DNA of 58,552 bases, filler included, from Sphacelaria rigidula (Eukaryota), in assembly GCA_964200075.2 (NCBI GenBank). It is 9 parts of 9 records of this genome, joined end to end, with 100 filler letters (N's around TTAATTAATTAA, not from the genome) between each part and the next. Parts side by side here need not be neighbours in the genome. Positions count along the whole stretch, not along the records: positions 32,587 to 39,003 come from CAXNAA020020195.1; positions 39,104 to 45,520 come from CAXNAA020020196.1; positions 45,621 to 52,036 come from CAXNAA020020197.1; 6 more parts are not named here. The stretch is one strand, 5' to 3'. A model generated the notes under the pieces. It was not told the origin of the DNA, searched no databases, and worked only from the letters and a program-made list of their open reading frames with translations. Of this stretch, positions 36,901 through 49,400 are shown one piece after another (the first letter of the stretch is position 1; each line of letters opens with the position of its first letter). The position numbers were made by a program, and so were the translations under genes.

Positions 36901-38718
36901 CATTTTCAACACCCGTACTAACTGTGCTGATACCAAGCAAGGCTCTAAGTGGAGCGGGCGAGTGGCGCGCTGCTCTGTCTATTCTCGACCGTGTGCTGAA
37001 GGAGGGCGAGCAGCCAGGCGGCGCCATGTATGTTGCAGCCATGGCAGCTTGTGCCAGAGGAGGCGTGTCGGACCTTGCACTCGAACTGCTTGAGAGGGTT
37101 TTGGTGGAGTACCCTGGCGATAAAGAGGTGAAGAGGTGACTACATATCCCTGTGGTTAGTCGGCTGAGGCCTGGTTGCACTCGAGCTCCAACGTGATTGC
37201 GTTGTACGATACGAAGACTTCGACTAGTGAAGAATTTCGATTAAGATTGTGAATGTGCCCTTTCGATCGAGCCATTCGATGTGTCGAACTGTAAGGAGAT
37301 GTGATCACCTGTGATACCAAATCACGAGCAGACTCGGTCACGACACCAATAGCTTGCTCCACCGCTTCACGTTCGTTCGGCCTGTACGATGCTCTTGCGC
37401 AAGATTGTGACGGCAGCGTACCATGGAGCCATCACGGCCTGCGCCGAATGCGGGCAGTGCGAGAAAGCGACTTCGTTGTTGCAGAAGATGCGTCAGGATT
37501 CTCTTGCAGTGGTGACGATCGCCGAGGTGTGTCGAAGAAGAGCGGGGAGTCACCCTGGGCGAGAAAATAAGTAATATCTAAAAGCTCAGGCCTATCTGTC
37601 CATGCTCGACAGAGCTAATGTGCACAGGGGTCATTTTCTTTACACTCTGAACGAGGATTATATGCTGTGACCAAATTCCGGCCCTTCGATAAAACGACGC
37701 GCCACGTTGTACAGCGCTTATGTCACTAGATACAGAGTGCGCTTTTTGTTCTGCTGAGCTCATACGGATGAATGACCACATCACCGACATGTAACTTCAC
37801 TGAGTAACGATCACTTCCTACTCTTCCGGCTGTGACGTTCGCGTCTTTCGCTCATTACCCATTTTCCGCAGTACAATGCAGCCATCTTGGCCTGCTGCCG
37901 AGCGCGACAGTCCTTTGCTGCTCTATCTCTACTAGGCGATATGTTCGTCGACGGGGGTATATGGCAGCCAAAAGGATCTGGGATTCACGAGAACGGCCTG
38001 AAGCCTAACGAAATGAGCTACAACCTTGTGATGCGAACGTTCGCCCAGGAAGGACGGTGAGCACGTGGCACGTACGTGTTTCGTAGTCGTGTGCTAGGTG
38101 CGCATTGGCTGCCACCGCCGGTGTGCGGACGGGACTCCCTTGCGTCAGTGCATAGAGTCACGTGGAACAGCGTTGCATTCTGTCAACGGGCATGGCTGCT
38201 CTGCAAATCTGTCCGTTTGGTATATCAACGGGGGGTGTCCAGAATGTCCTCTCCAATTGTTTACGTCATGCTTGGAACAGGTGGCAAACGGTGATGGACC
38301 TCATCTTGAGTATGCGTGACGAGGGCGGTCTGGTCCCAGGGGTGTCGAGCTACAACATTGTTGTGGATTCCTTGGCCAGGGCTGGTGAGTGGGAGCAGGC
38401 ACTTCGGGTTCTCGAGGAGATGAAGTCGATTGGCGTTCGGCCGACGGAGTTCACCTACAACTGCTGCATGGCAGGTACGATACCCAAGCAATAGTGTCAC
38501 GTGTTTCTTCGCGGACTGCTCCACGCCTGCATGGAGCGCATCGGCAGAAATTATGTCACCCTGATTTCTCTCAACTACGCTTGCATGCGCTCACAGCCTG
38601 CGAAAAAAGCGGTATGTGGGAGGAAACGATGTCTGTGATGCGGGACATGAAAGACCAGGGAGATCTCGTGCCGGACAGCTATGCGTTCAGCACTGCGATG
38701 ATGGCGTGCTCCAAAGCG
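33940..38718 (+). CDS. Pentatricopeptide repeat (PPR) protein, partial; exons 33940-34684, 35304-35829, 36117-36191, 36408-36770, 36942-37127, 37404-37526, 37872-38056, 38281-38474, 38597-38718
   Basis: Repeated 35-aa helical motifs (e.g. SYNIVVDSLARAGEWEQALRVLEEMKSIGVRPTEF, TYNCCMAACEKSGMWEETMSVMRDMKDQG). All eight junctions are GT/GC-AG and phase-consistent (2,0,0,0,0,0,2,1). Branch point TACTAAC at 36916. Confidence 0.93.
34897..35265 (-). mobile_element. tRNA-derived SINE family A, full length, antisense in a PPR intron
   Basis: Reverse complement aligns end to end with 41467-41830, including the A/B boxes and CA-rich tail. Confidence 0.88.
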
Positions 38719-38919
38719 GTGAGCGTTTGCCACGGGATTTTCATGTGCCGCCGGAGTGTATGAGTCACACCGTCGGATTAGGGGTGGTCAATTGGGCAAG
38801 TTTGCGCTCTTTAAATCCCCATTGATAGGCCACCCGCAGGATGCCTTCAAGATGTTACGACGGGATGCCCTTACATGGCGTCCTTCTTCATTCATGCATT
38901 GTTGATACTATACCACCAC

Positions 38920-38951
<32 letters not shown>

Positions 38952-39679
38952 CAATATTATTAATGACCAAAATGATCCCCCGCTCCAATACTGGGATCGA
39001 GTANNNNNNNNNNNNNNNNNNNNNNNNNNNNNNNNNNNNNNNNNNNNTTAATTAATTAANNNNNNNNNNNNNNNNNNNNNNNNNNNNNNNNNNNNNNNNN
39101 NNNAGATTTTAATCCTCCGGGTTCTCATCCTCAATGAAAATCTCCATCCTCAACATAGATGATCCGCTGTTTAACGAGCTGAGCTAGTCCGGAGCATTTT
39201 CGGGCGGTTGACCACCTTTGCACGGCCGGTCTACGAGTCGAAAGCTGAAACTTGAGGGGTACTCCTTGATGCCTTTACCGTGGTGAAACCACGCGCATGT
39301 TAATAATGGTGGCATTTTCTACAATCAGATTTCGAGTATAGGACCGAGGCGAACAAGAAAGTACAGCATGTAGAAGTGAGTTGTATTGCGTAAACACAGA
39401 AAACGTGGGAGATCCTCTTCTAGCGAACCGTCCTCTTTGTGTGTTGAATCGTGGGCTTAATTTGGATGGTGTCACCTCCTATGACAAGGTGCACCGAACA
39501 CATGCGTCAATTGGACTGGGAACTGGACCAGTTAATACTGTCTATTTCCACTGTAACTGGAGGTGAACCGGAAATGCCTACGAGAGCGCCAGTTGTTCAC
39601 TTTGACTGGGGTTTTGTCGTGACCGGGTACTTTTATAGTAGTTTTTATTATGGTGAGTTTATAACAAAGGAACAATGTA

Positions 39680-40212
39680 CTCCCTCTGTCCCACAAGTAA
39701 AGGTACCTAAATTTGTACGGGCCCTTAACGATGTCCGATCGTTTTTTTTCAATAAACTCTACGGTGTTTTTTGGGTTCAGAAAATGTGTTTCAAATTTTC
39801 AGCTCGTGCTTGACACATGCCGCCGAACAGCTGCAAAAAGAGGTAGTCGGTCCAAAAATCGCCGTTTTTTGCCCCTTTCCGAGGGGAAAAAAACTGCCGA
39901 TTTTTTTTCTCTTTTTTATCGCGTGGGGCTTACTGGCAGCAAGCCCCAGTGAAGGCGGGGGCGATTAAGAACAAGTTAAAGAAAAAATCGACACTTTTTT
40001 CCCCTCGGAAAGGGGCAAAAAATACGGCCATTTTTGGACCGACTACTTTTTTTGCAGCCGTTCGGCGGCATGGTTCACGCACGAGCTGCAAATTTTGAAC
40101 GCATTTTCATAACCCAAAATACACCGTAGAGTTCATTAAAAAAGGAAACGAAATCGGGTATCGTTAAGCGTTCGTACAAATTCAGGTACTTTTACTTATG
40201 GGACAGAAGAAG
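39680..40212. mobile_element. 533-bp Stowaway/Tc1-mariner-like foldback MITE, TA TSD
   Basis: TA|CTCCCTCTGTCCCA ... TGGGACAGAAGAAG|TA; ~230-bp diverged inverted arms around a ~70-bp core. Confidence 0.85.
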
Positions 40213-41466
40213 TATATAATTAGACTGTACGATTGAAGTCTGCACTCTACAGTAATACAGGTACCACAAACTTCGTTGGTACCTGGTTGTTCTGCAGTAT
40301 TTCATCTGATGACCATAGCGGGCAGGTCGACGGTTGGTCAGTCGGAGGAGGAAAATGAAGAAATAAACAAGAAGCGTGACTTATTTATGGTGGGACGCTT
40401 GCTGCGGAAGTCCCGACCGTCAAACCCCAACTGCCAATTGCGTGGTGACGAGCGTTCTGAACATGACGCAGTACATGCACACTGCAGTAGTCAGCGTCAG
40501 AAGTATGTGGAATTCGTGATTTCTTAGTCTCTCAGATTTTCCAAATTTGTTTCGCTTGCCACCGCTCATCACAGTGACTGCTGGATGCCAAAAAATGGGC
40601 ATCTGAAGATGTTTTAATCCTCTCGACAAATATTGAAAGAGAAAATACCTGCGATCAACATTGAGTGGCTTACGGGCTTGGCCGATCTTCGAGAGTCCTG
40701 CAAAAGTTCAACCCCAGCTTCGAGCTTTTCGGTATTTCCGGTGGACCGACTCGATTCCGATCATGTAAGTGAAGACTCAAGAAAGTTCATATTTTTGATT
40801 CTGCCTATTCACTGCGCTCAAGCCGGAAAACCATGTTTCTCGGACCATTCACGGTTAATAACACCCTCCTGATAAACGGGGTGTTTACTCCGTATCGCCC
40901 CCACAACACCAACGTGGGCATCGTGATTCGAGCACGGTCTGCATATTTTGCCAAAACTATCGACGCTAGCACTTTCGAGTGCTCATGGAAAGTACGATAA
41001 CAAAAATAACCGAAAAGAGGCCATTCGCGGAAAATGCTAGACTCGGGTCTGTGCGGGATAGAAGGAAAACACGATCTCGATCGTTATTGTAAAGAATTGT
41101 ACACGTCTCCATGAATATTCACCGTTTCGTTGCGGAAGAGCCGGAAAACTGTTTTTATTGGACCATAAACGGCCAATAACACACACCCTCCTGACAAACG
41201 GGGTATCTAGTCCGTATCGCCCTAAAAACACCAACTTGGGCACCGCAGTTTGAGCGCGGCCTACGCTTTCCCCCTAAATCTACCGGTGCTAGCACTTTCA
41301 AGTAGTAACGAAGAATAGTACTCGAGAAAACCCCAAAACGACAACAACTACGATTTCTGAAGGCTTCTGATGCTGACTACTATACACCTCGAAGTGATGA
41401 CGCAGATGCATACCTTATCCGGAAAGACAATAACAAATAGTAACCCGCGATCACAAAATACACAAA

Positions 41467-41830
41467 GCTGGTCGCCCCGGTGGATCAGTTGGTAACCTCG
41501 AAACCTCCTGACGGTTGGGTCTTGGGTTCAATTCTCGGAGCGACCTGGGGTTTTTTCTCACACAATGCCCAGCAGTGGAGAGCGACCATGTCGTAGGTAC
41601 ACAAAAATTCGACTGAACGGTCGATGATGGAAAGGGACTGTTAAACCCCTCTCGCGATAAAAAGTAAAGACGGACACCGCAGATGGAAGGTGGGGTACTA
41701 AAAACAAATTAAAAAAAAGAGCTCCTGTGTTGACCGTCCTCCTGTGTGACCCCGGTTGGTGCGCCCACATTTACCGAAAGGTGCAGACTGGCGCCCAGAA
41801 TAGACGGGACGGCAACACAACACAACACAC
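41467..41830 (+). mobile_element. tRNA-derived SINE family A, full length
   Basis: GCCCCGGTGGATCAGTTGG (A box), GGTTCAATTC (B box), ~250-bp body, (CAACA)n tail; ACACAA(A)GCT on both flanks may be a TSD. Confidence 0.88.
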
Positions 41831-42136
41831 AAGCTTTCTATTCAACGACAGGCGTGTTTTTCAGTCCGGACTTGGAGAATTTTGCACCCTTGTCCCCGAA
41901 TACTGCCAGTCTTGGCTTACTTGTTCCCATCCTCCGCTCCCCATGGAAAGTCTCGGCTGCTGCATACTACAGATGGATGATTTTCGAATCACCCACCACG
42001 TTGAATGGCATTTTCGAGCAGTACAAGCCTCTTAGCTGGTGAATGTGAGAGTGTTTACATTTTTTACAACTATTCACCATTTTAGAAGCGAAAGTAAGTC
42101 AAACACAGTGATGTTTTTGCTGTGTAGACGTCACGG

Positions 42137-42450
42137 CACTGTTGAGCATGAGAAAAAATCCCAGATTGTTCTGAGATTCGAACCCACGACCCAACCGTCA
42201 GAAGGTGTCGAGGTTACTAACTGAGCCACCGGGGCGATCGGCTGGAGCGTAGAGCGACTATGTCCTGCGTACACAAAGTTCGACTTCACGATGGACGAAG
42301 GGAGGGACTGCTGAACCCTTCTCTCGGTGAAGAGAAAGGTAAGCATCGCAGAAGGAAGGTGGAGTGCTCAAAAGAAATTGAAAAAAAAGCACCCGTGTTA
42401 GCCTTCCTCTGTGCGAAAAAGGTATCTTCACCAATATAGAGGAAAACAAG
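42137..42450. mobile_element. SINE family A with inverted 5' head (head minus 42137-42242, body plus ~42243-42450)
   Basis: Head and body are consecutive segments of 41467-41830 but in opposite orientations. Confidence 0.8.
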
Positions 42451-45012
42451 AAGCCACCCATATCTTCCCTTGCGACCTATCCCGCGTCGTTTTATTTATT
42501 CGGGAGCCCACTTTTTTACATCTGAGGCGTCAGACCAACTTGTATCGCAGCCAATCCCGAATCTGGCGGGACCCCGATTTGTGTCAAAATGGGGGGACTC
42601 ATGTTCGCCTGTACGCCCATGTGTCATGGTTTCACAGATTTTTTGAAATTGTTCTGTACACGGAGGATCATTTTCTGCAGGGGTGCTTGTCACAATGAAG
42701 CCGAAGAACAGGCAGGCAGTGAATCATCTTTCAAGAGCAGAATCGTACCGTGGTACCTAATGCAGTGCACTACACTCCACAATCACAGTACACGGTAATG
42801 CCGTGTGGTGATACATAACGATACAGTCGATAATGCGAGAACAGTGCAAAGACTGCGACAAGAGTTCACGAGTGCAGTGCCATTCATCGCCCTTCAAGTC
42901 AGCGACAGAAGACAGTAGAATAGTACAGTACCGTCTGCTATGGTACACACAGGCAGTAGCGCAGTGCAGCATAAGATCTTACCATCGCACCAGGATACGG
43001 CGTCAACACTTCTTACCCGCTTGTCAAACCCCGTGCGAAGCGCAGCCCTGCAAGCACAGGCAGTTCAGTAGTGCAAGGTTGCACATACAGACTACTGTAC
43101 TCGCGAACACATCAGGTTCCTGTACACTATAGAAAGTACAGCGGTACGAGTACACATACTCTACACCCAAAAAAGCTCGGATTTGGCAGCGGTGTTGTCG
43201 ACAATGTCTGCACCTCTACACCGTCTAACGGGAGGACTCACCTTAATATATGTTGGCATCAATTTCCTGGCCGGTTCGTGGTAGCTCTCTCCTCTATCCT
43301 TATGCAAAGCTTCACGAGGTCATGAACCGGGAAGTCGATCAAGGTTCGTGGTTGCTCTCTTCTCTATCCCTACGTAAAGCTTCACGGGTGGAAGAAACCG
43401 GGAAGTCGATCACGTACTTCAACACCCCCTCCCACCTCAGCCACGGACGGCGTCGGCACGCACAAGCGGAGACAAAGAACAAAGCAGCAATGAAGCTGAA
43501 CCTTATTGAGAATGTTTTAAGTGATTCGGAGAACCGTTTGCTGCGTGTGATGCCTCCAACCTCCAAAAGTGCCTTGTTTAAAGTTGCGACAGTCAAGCCT
43601 GAGAAGTTCGATCGAGACTCGCTCTGGTCGAAAGGGATTGAAATGGGGTGTCCTCATGTGCACCCCGAGACAATAGCGAAACACAACGCCATGAGCACCA
43701 GTGAAGCTAAAACTTGTTGAGGGTGTCTCGATTGGCGTTAGAAGAGCGAGGGGATGGTTTTTTCGCGCAGCGCGGCTTCGAATCCATTCGGGAAAAAACA
43801 GTGCGTGGTTTGGATCTTCATAGTGAGACCCGGACGGATAAGACAGGATAGGACAAAACACGTTTTTAATTTCGGTTCAGTAGATCCCTTTTCAGCCCTA
43901 ATAGGGGCCTCAAAGAAATTTTGGAACATGTGATTCGAGTTCCAAAAATGTCCACTGTACTGTGTGGGTTTATATGTTATCTAGGAGCTTGGTCTCGCAT
44001 GGTGCAGGTTACTCGAATACCAACTACGAACCACCCACGCTGTTGTAAGGGGCATGGGCTGGTACAGTTGCAGAACTGACTTGCACTTTGCCTGGGTTGA
44101 CCACTAGGAGCTACAGTGTGGTGAACACACAGCTTATGCATCCCTGTTTTTTGTCTTGGTGTGGAAAGAAAGATACCGAGATATTGGTTCTTGGCTGGTC
44201 CTATCGTTGTTGGAACAAGTGACAGAGTTTCGGGATATTACGGTGTTTTTGCGCTTCCTGGTGAAAACCATTTCATGAAAGGATACACATGTTTAATGCG
44301 CCGTGAGCGGAAGAGTTCTTGTATGGTGGATAGCTCTGTTCACTGAGTATAGTCCTTGAATCTTACCGCTGACACTCAGTTCATGGGGGGGTATTCGTGG
44401 GATGGCCGGGGTAGTCGGTAAGAGACACCTTGTCAGAATAGGGCACAAAAGTCCAGTGGCATACCTGTTTGAGTTCCGGGTACTACGCGGGATGACTTTA
44501 TACTGTGATGGTAGTGACTGGACATACGTGAGTGCGTGTGCTTGCCGTCTTGAGATATTGGCCCTTACAGAGGTTGCTCTCCCTTCCTTCCCTCTCCATC
44601 CGACAAAGCCTTATATACATTTCACCACATCCTGATCGGCAGTCAGCCGTGTCCACTGAGCGACTATCGCAGTCGAGTCTGCACCTCATCCTCTCAAGGG
44701 GGTCGCGAAGCTACAACCAATGTTTCCCTCGATGGCCACACTCGACGATAGGCGCGTCGGTGCTTGCTTCAGCCGAGCCATCTCGCTTGGATACTGTGAC
44801 CTTACAATCAGCACCATCTTCTGCACCTGGAACGCTGAATGTAGTTTATAACATTGCTCTGCTTCGCATCGCGCCTCTAATTTTTCCCATCCTTTCTTAC
44901 ATTGGAAAAATGGAAAAGGGACAGAAACGACAGACGCCTTCAATGAAGAGCGATGGGACTCGCCTTCCTTGACGGCATCGGAGCTAGCTAGAGCTGTTAG
45001 GGCCCTTCTTAA

Positions 45013-45111
45013 CCCTTAGACCGCGAAGCGGGTAGTCCATCTGGATCACGCATTTTTTTCAAGTGAAAATTGATGCCAATTCAGCAGATCACCCCCGTCG
45101 CGGTCTAGGGG
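45013..45111. mobile_element. 99-bp piggyBac-like MITE at a TTAA site
   Basis: TTAA|CCCTTAGACCGCGA...TCGCGGTCTAGGGG|CTAA; the empty site CTTCTTAATGAGGGG is present in the paralog at 5552-5566. Confidence 0.85.
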
Positions 45112-45455
45112 CTAACGAAGGGGATTATACCCTTTTTCACAATCCCCTTTTGACAGAGGATTGGCCCCAAAACGACTAGCCTCCAGTCCTGTCGACAAGC
45201 AGTTCTGTACAGATTCGAACCAGATCTGCACGCAGGTTGAGGAATGCGGCGGGTCTGGGAGTGGCTGTTAGTCCAAGCCGGTCCAAGGTCTGTGTAATGC
45301 TGCAGACGAGACACAACAAGGCAACACATCACCTGCACACCCAGCCTCGAAAAAACACGCACAGACACCCACCACTCACGCGCACTAGTTGCACTGCTGG
45401 CCCTTGCTAATCTACACCCCGTAGTTTTTGTTTGACAGAAATACGTTCTATATTG

Positions 45456-45520
45456 GAGTCATCCTACGATAGGGGGGAGGGGTATTTGGTTGCACGAAAA
45501 AAGAGGCTCATAAGTGTGTC
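45456..45520 (+). mobile_element. Left end of the GAG-terminal MITE family (cut by contig end)
   Basis: GAGTCATCCTACGATAGGGGGG...CACGAAAA...GCTCATA matches 2593-2650. Confidence 0.75.
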
Positions 45521-46264
45521 NNNNNNNNNNNNNNNNNNNNNNNNNNNNNNNNNNNNNNNNNNNNTTAATTAATTAANNNNNNNNNNNNNNNNNNNNNNNN
45601 NNNNNNNNNNNNNNNNNNNNGGAATACGACCTATTGCCCATATCACGCACATCGAGAACGCCTCCTATTTAAGCGACTAATATCCGCCGTCACAGTGGCG
45701 TTGCTTCTGCCTGTTATCGTCTGCTGTTGTTGCGGCCGCTGCGGTCGCTGCTGCTTTGCTGTGTTGCTGTCGCTTTTGGCGATACTATCAACTTTCATGT
45801 TGCTGCGGCTGTTACCCTGCAGTGTGGTTACTATTCCGCCTAAAGAACAATGCAATTTTGTTCTGCTGCTCGGCGGCTACTGTCCCGATTTTGTTTTGCT
45901 GCTCTGCGGTTACTGTCCCGCCTGAGGCGTTGCGATTGTTGACTTTACCGCCCATGGGTAGTTGTACCCTGCTGGCTATCGCACTGCCTGTTTAGCCCTC
46001 ATGTGCGCGTAATGCCTCTTACACCGGCATGTAAAGTCATGAGTAATTTCCCACTCGCGTAGCGCGTAGTTTCCCACTCTGCTGCTTGTACGGTGCCCCA
46101 CTTTGACCGCATGAGCTTTTACCGGTTAACGATTGTCATCACCATATGTGCCTAAATTGTTACACCGAGGTTCCCACGCATCTGTTCCCCTGAAATGCAC
46201 CTCTTCGTGGTGATGAAACGTTGTTCGCCGTTGTGACCTACCCGCACACTGTAGTGGCTTCCCC

Positions 46265-46620
46265 TGCATCGCGTCACCATCATCCCGTTTGGTCGGGATC
46301 ACACATGTTACTAACTGTGTGTACGGGTTGGCCGGGAATTTAGACTGCATCGCGTCACCATCATCCCTTTTGGTCGGGATCACACATGTCACTAATTGTG
46401 TGTACGGGTTGGTCGGTAATTTAGAAATTCGTTTCGAACCCGCTGCTGCCCGTACTGTTCATTACTGCGGTTGCTTTGATTGACGACAATCCTTTAATGA
46501 CCAACTTTTGAGAACTGGGTTGGCCGGTAATTTAGAAACTCGTTTTGAACCCGCTGCTGCCCGTACTGTTCAATACTGCGGTTGCTTTGATTGACGATAA
46601 TCCTTTGATGACCAACCTTT
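46265..46620 (+). repeat. Two overlapping local tandem duplications (~81 bp x2, ~110 bp x2)
   Basis: TGCATCGCGTCACCATCATCCC at 46265 and 46346; GAACCCGCTGCTGCCCGTACTGTTCA at ~46436 and ~46547. Confidence 0.9.
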
Positions 46621-46699
46621 GAGGACCGATCCTTCTCGACAACAATTGCGTCGGGGAGTTTCGAGACATCACGCTCCAGACAGCTGCGGAAGCTGTGCA

Positions 46700-46812
46700 G
46701 CCGTGTTGTTATTGTATGCTGTTGCTGCTGCTGCTGCTGTTGTCAGTTGTTGTTGTTGTTGCTGTTGCTGCTGTTGTTGTTGTTGTTGTTGTATGTTGTT
46801 GTTGCTGCTGCT
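46700..46812. repeat. Compound (CTG)/(TTG) microsatellite
   Basis: Direct reading. Confidence 0.9.
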
Positions 46813-48984
46813 TCTGTTTCCACCGTGCTTTCTGCTACCCTGGTTGGCTGTTATTGTCCCGCTTGTTGTGTTTTTGCCTCTACCACCGACTGTCGGCTAT
46901 ACTTTTCTCGCTCGCTATCACATTGCATGTTGTCAGGTGCACGTGCATTTTCCGCCCTCATGTTCTTTATGAACCTGGCTTCGATCTGATCGCACAGTCT
47001 TTTTGTTCTGTCATTTGTCGCGTGCATTGTATTACCTTCGCCTGATCTACACCTGGTCAGTCATAACATCATCGCTGTACCTTACCAGCAAAGACCGTGT
47101 TCTAGACATTCTCTATATTATCCCGGTAGTTTTATTGCAGAACAACCCACCATGATCAGTATGTTGTTTCCGGGGTTGCATTTTTATTGTGGCCATGAGG
47201 ATTTGTGGAATGCGCATGTAGTAAAGCTTCCATTTTATTTCGATCTTGTTTGCTTTCCTTTCACTTTACATACTCATATTGTCTGCATCTCCGGGTGTCG
47301 CGTCTACCATAACTGTCTTTTGAGCCCCTCGATTGCATTTCGAGTGCTCGATAGTTTTGCGCTGCACTATTTTTCATTTCATGTTCTGGTGATTTTGTAT
47401 TGTGTTTGGCGCTCGCGATGTTTTTCTTTGACCACGCAGGTGTAGGCTATCTGCAGGGCCTTGTCTGTTGCGCCGCCTGTACTCATCATGCTTGAGCAGG
47501 CTTCCGCTGGCAATCCTTTCATCTATCTGGTTCGCAAGGTCGAAACGCCGAATATACCGCCCGGCACACGACATTTCGATCTGCGTCACGTGGTAAAAAA
47601 CCGAGCCATATTTTCATGTACCCCAAGACTTCCAACGTATACTAACCACGCCCTCTATTACTTCCGCCTTTGTTTCACCCACACTCTTGTCCTGGGTGTG
47701 TCGCATCCCGCTGAGGGAGCCGGCGCTAAACGTCATCGTGTTGGGGAGGACACGCAGGAACACCGAACGGTTTGCCATTGACGGTATGTTCCCGCGTGGA
47801 GTGTCTGCAATCTGGTTTGGTTTAGCTAATACCGGGTACCTTTTTATGGAGTGTCCGCAATTTGGTTTGGTTTAGCTAATCCCGGGTACCTTTTCATAGC
47901 ATTTTGGTAGCAGGGTCATTACCTTGGTGCCATTAAATAGGATCCCCATTTTATCCCACACTGGTAATCGATTGTATGGTTTGCTATTCACCAGCTTGAC
48001 TTCTTGACGCATCCTGTACCGTCGTTGGATACTACCTTGTTCCTTCGCGGTACCGTAGTTGGATAATACATCATTCAGTTGCTTCAAACTTGGTTTTCGA
48101 TATCATGCTGCCACTCATCTTTCCGTGAATTGCCTTGTCATTACTTATTCAGTACGCAGACGTACGTTGTTGCCCTGCTTTATCTTTTTGCCCTTCATGT
48201 CTAGCGTACAATGCAAGGTGACTGCCAAATATTTTCGTGCAATGTCTTGTCATTTCTTATGCAGTACGCAGACTTAGTCGCCCTGCTTTATCTTTTTGCC
48301 CTTCATGTCTAGCGTACCATGCAAGGTGACAGCGCGACTACATACCATGTCTTCGACATTTCCTACAGACACTACTTGAGTGAGCATCAATGTACAAGTC
48401 ATGCGTGTGAGGGCATGTTTCTTGTCATTTCTGTGTTTTGTCTCGGTATATTTAGTACAACGCATATCATTATTATATTTTTACTCAGCATACCTTGTCT
48501 ATTTTTATTCTCGCCATGATTATGTCTACAGTTTCACAGGATTCGAGAACCTAGGGGGACGGCTGCTGAAAAGTTTACAGAATTGTACAAATCTTGGCCC
48601 CAGAGAGAGTACCTTTCACGCACACTCTTGCGCAATCGTACCCTACCCGACGCCCTGACGCCATGCTACCGTCTGACACATTCCCCTTCGAGCACTGGAC
48701 TGGCCGTAAACATTATACACGTACCACCGCTGTCTCAATAGCAAGAAGTTCCTTCCATATCCGCCCACCCCATCCGAAACACCTCATACCCGAAGTGTTT
48801 GCGTCACACCCTGAGGGCGACCAAACTGGAACGCCACACCCACATTCCACCTGACCCCTGAATTTGTGTCGTGTTCGACTGCATTGCCTGTATCTGTCAC
48901 CATGTTGAATTGTCGAGAACTCTACGTTGTTTCAGGCACTGACGGGTGGGGAAAAGGGAAAGACTTCATAGGGGGGGGGCGTAC

Positions 48985-49400
48985 CTATTTGTATCGAGCA
49001 TCCAAGTAATTCCCCTAGCTGCTGCAATCTGCACTGTTCCCCAACTCCTTCACCAACTTCACTTCATCCAAGTAGTGTCTGAGCTGTTGCGCTCTGTACT
49101 GTTTTCATATTCTTCACTATTTTTATTGCATCTAAGTATTCTTCTCTTTGCTGCCATTCGCACCCTTTCCGCATCAAAGTATTCTCTTAGCTGTGGCCAG
49201 CTGCACTGTTTCCAGTTGTTTCATCAACTTCACCCCTTGCTTTGCCATGTCTAATGCTTGTATCAGGTCATCAAAGAATACCTCGGTTAGAGAGGGTGAT
49301 AACGTACATCTTGGTGCGACTCCTTTCAAAATATGAAAATATTTCGATATTTCCCTGTCTAGCATCGTCGCACTTTTGGCACATTTCTTTCGTCTTAATC
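48985..49400 (-). pseudogene. Non-LTR retrotransposon (LINE) reverse transcriptase remnant; further 3' fragment at ~47940-48090
   Basis: SKYFHILKGVAPRCTLSPSLTEVFFDDLIQAL matches the LINE RT GV.QG..LSP.LF...DL motif. It is fused directly to a downstream KQLETVQ..AKRIL segment that is repeated near 49000-49060; stops and frameshifts are present. Confidence 0.75.

Noticed and set aside
43250..43720. 156-aa ORF
   Set aside because: The 5' part contains a 70-bp (non-triplet) tandem duplication; the 3' part looks protein-like but I could not assign it or find convincing splice sites.
46126..46270. Possible degenerate gag zinc knuckles on the minus strand
   Set aside because: Cys/His spacing is incomplete, and no LTR, protease or integrase motifs are nearby.
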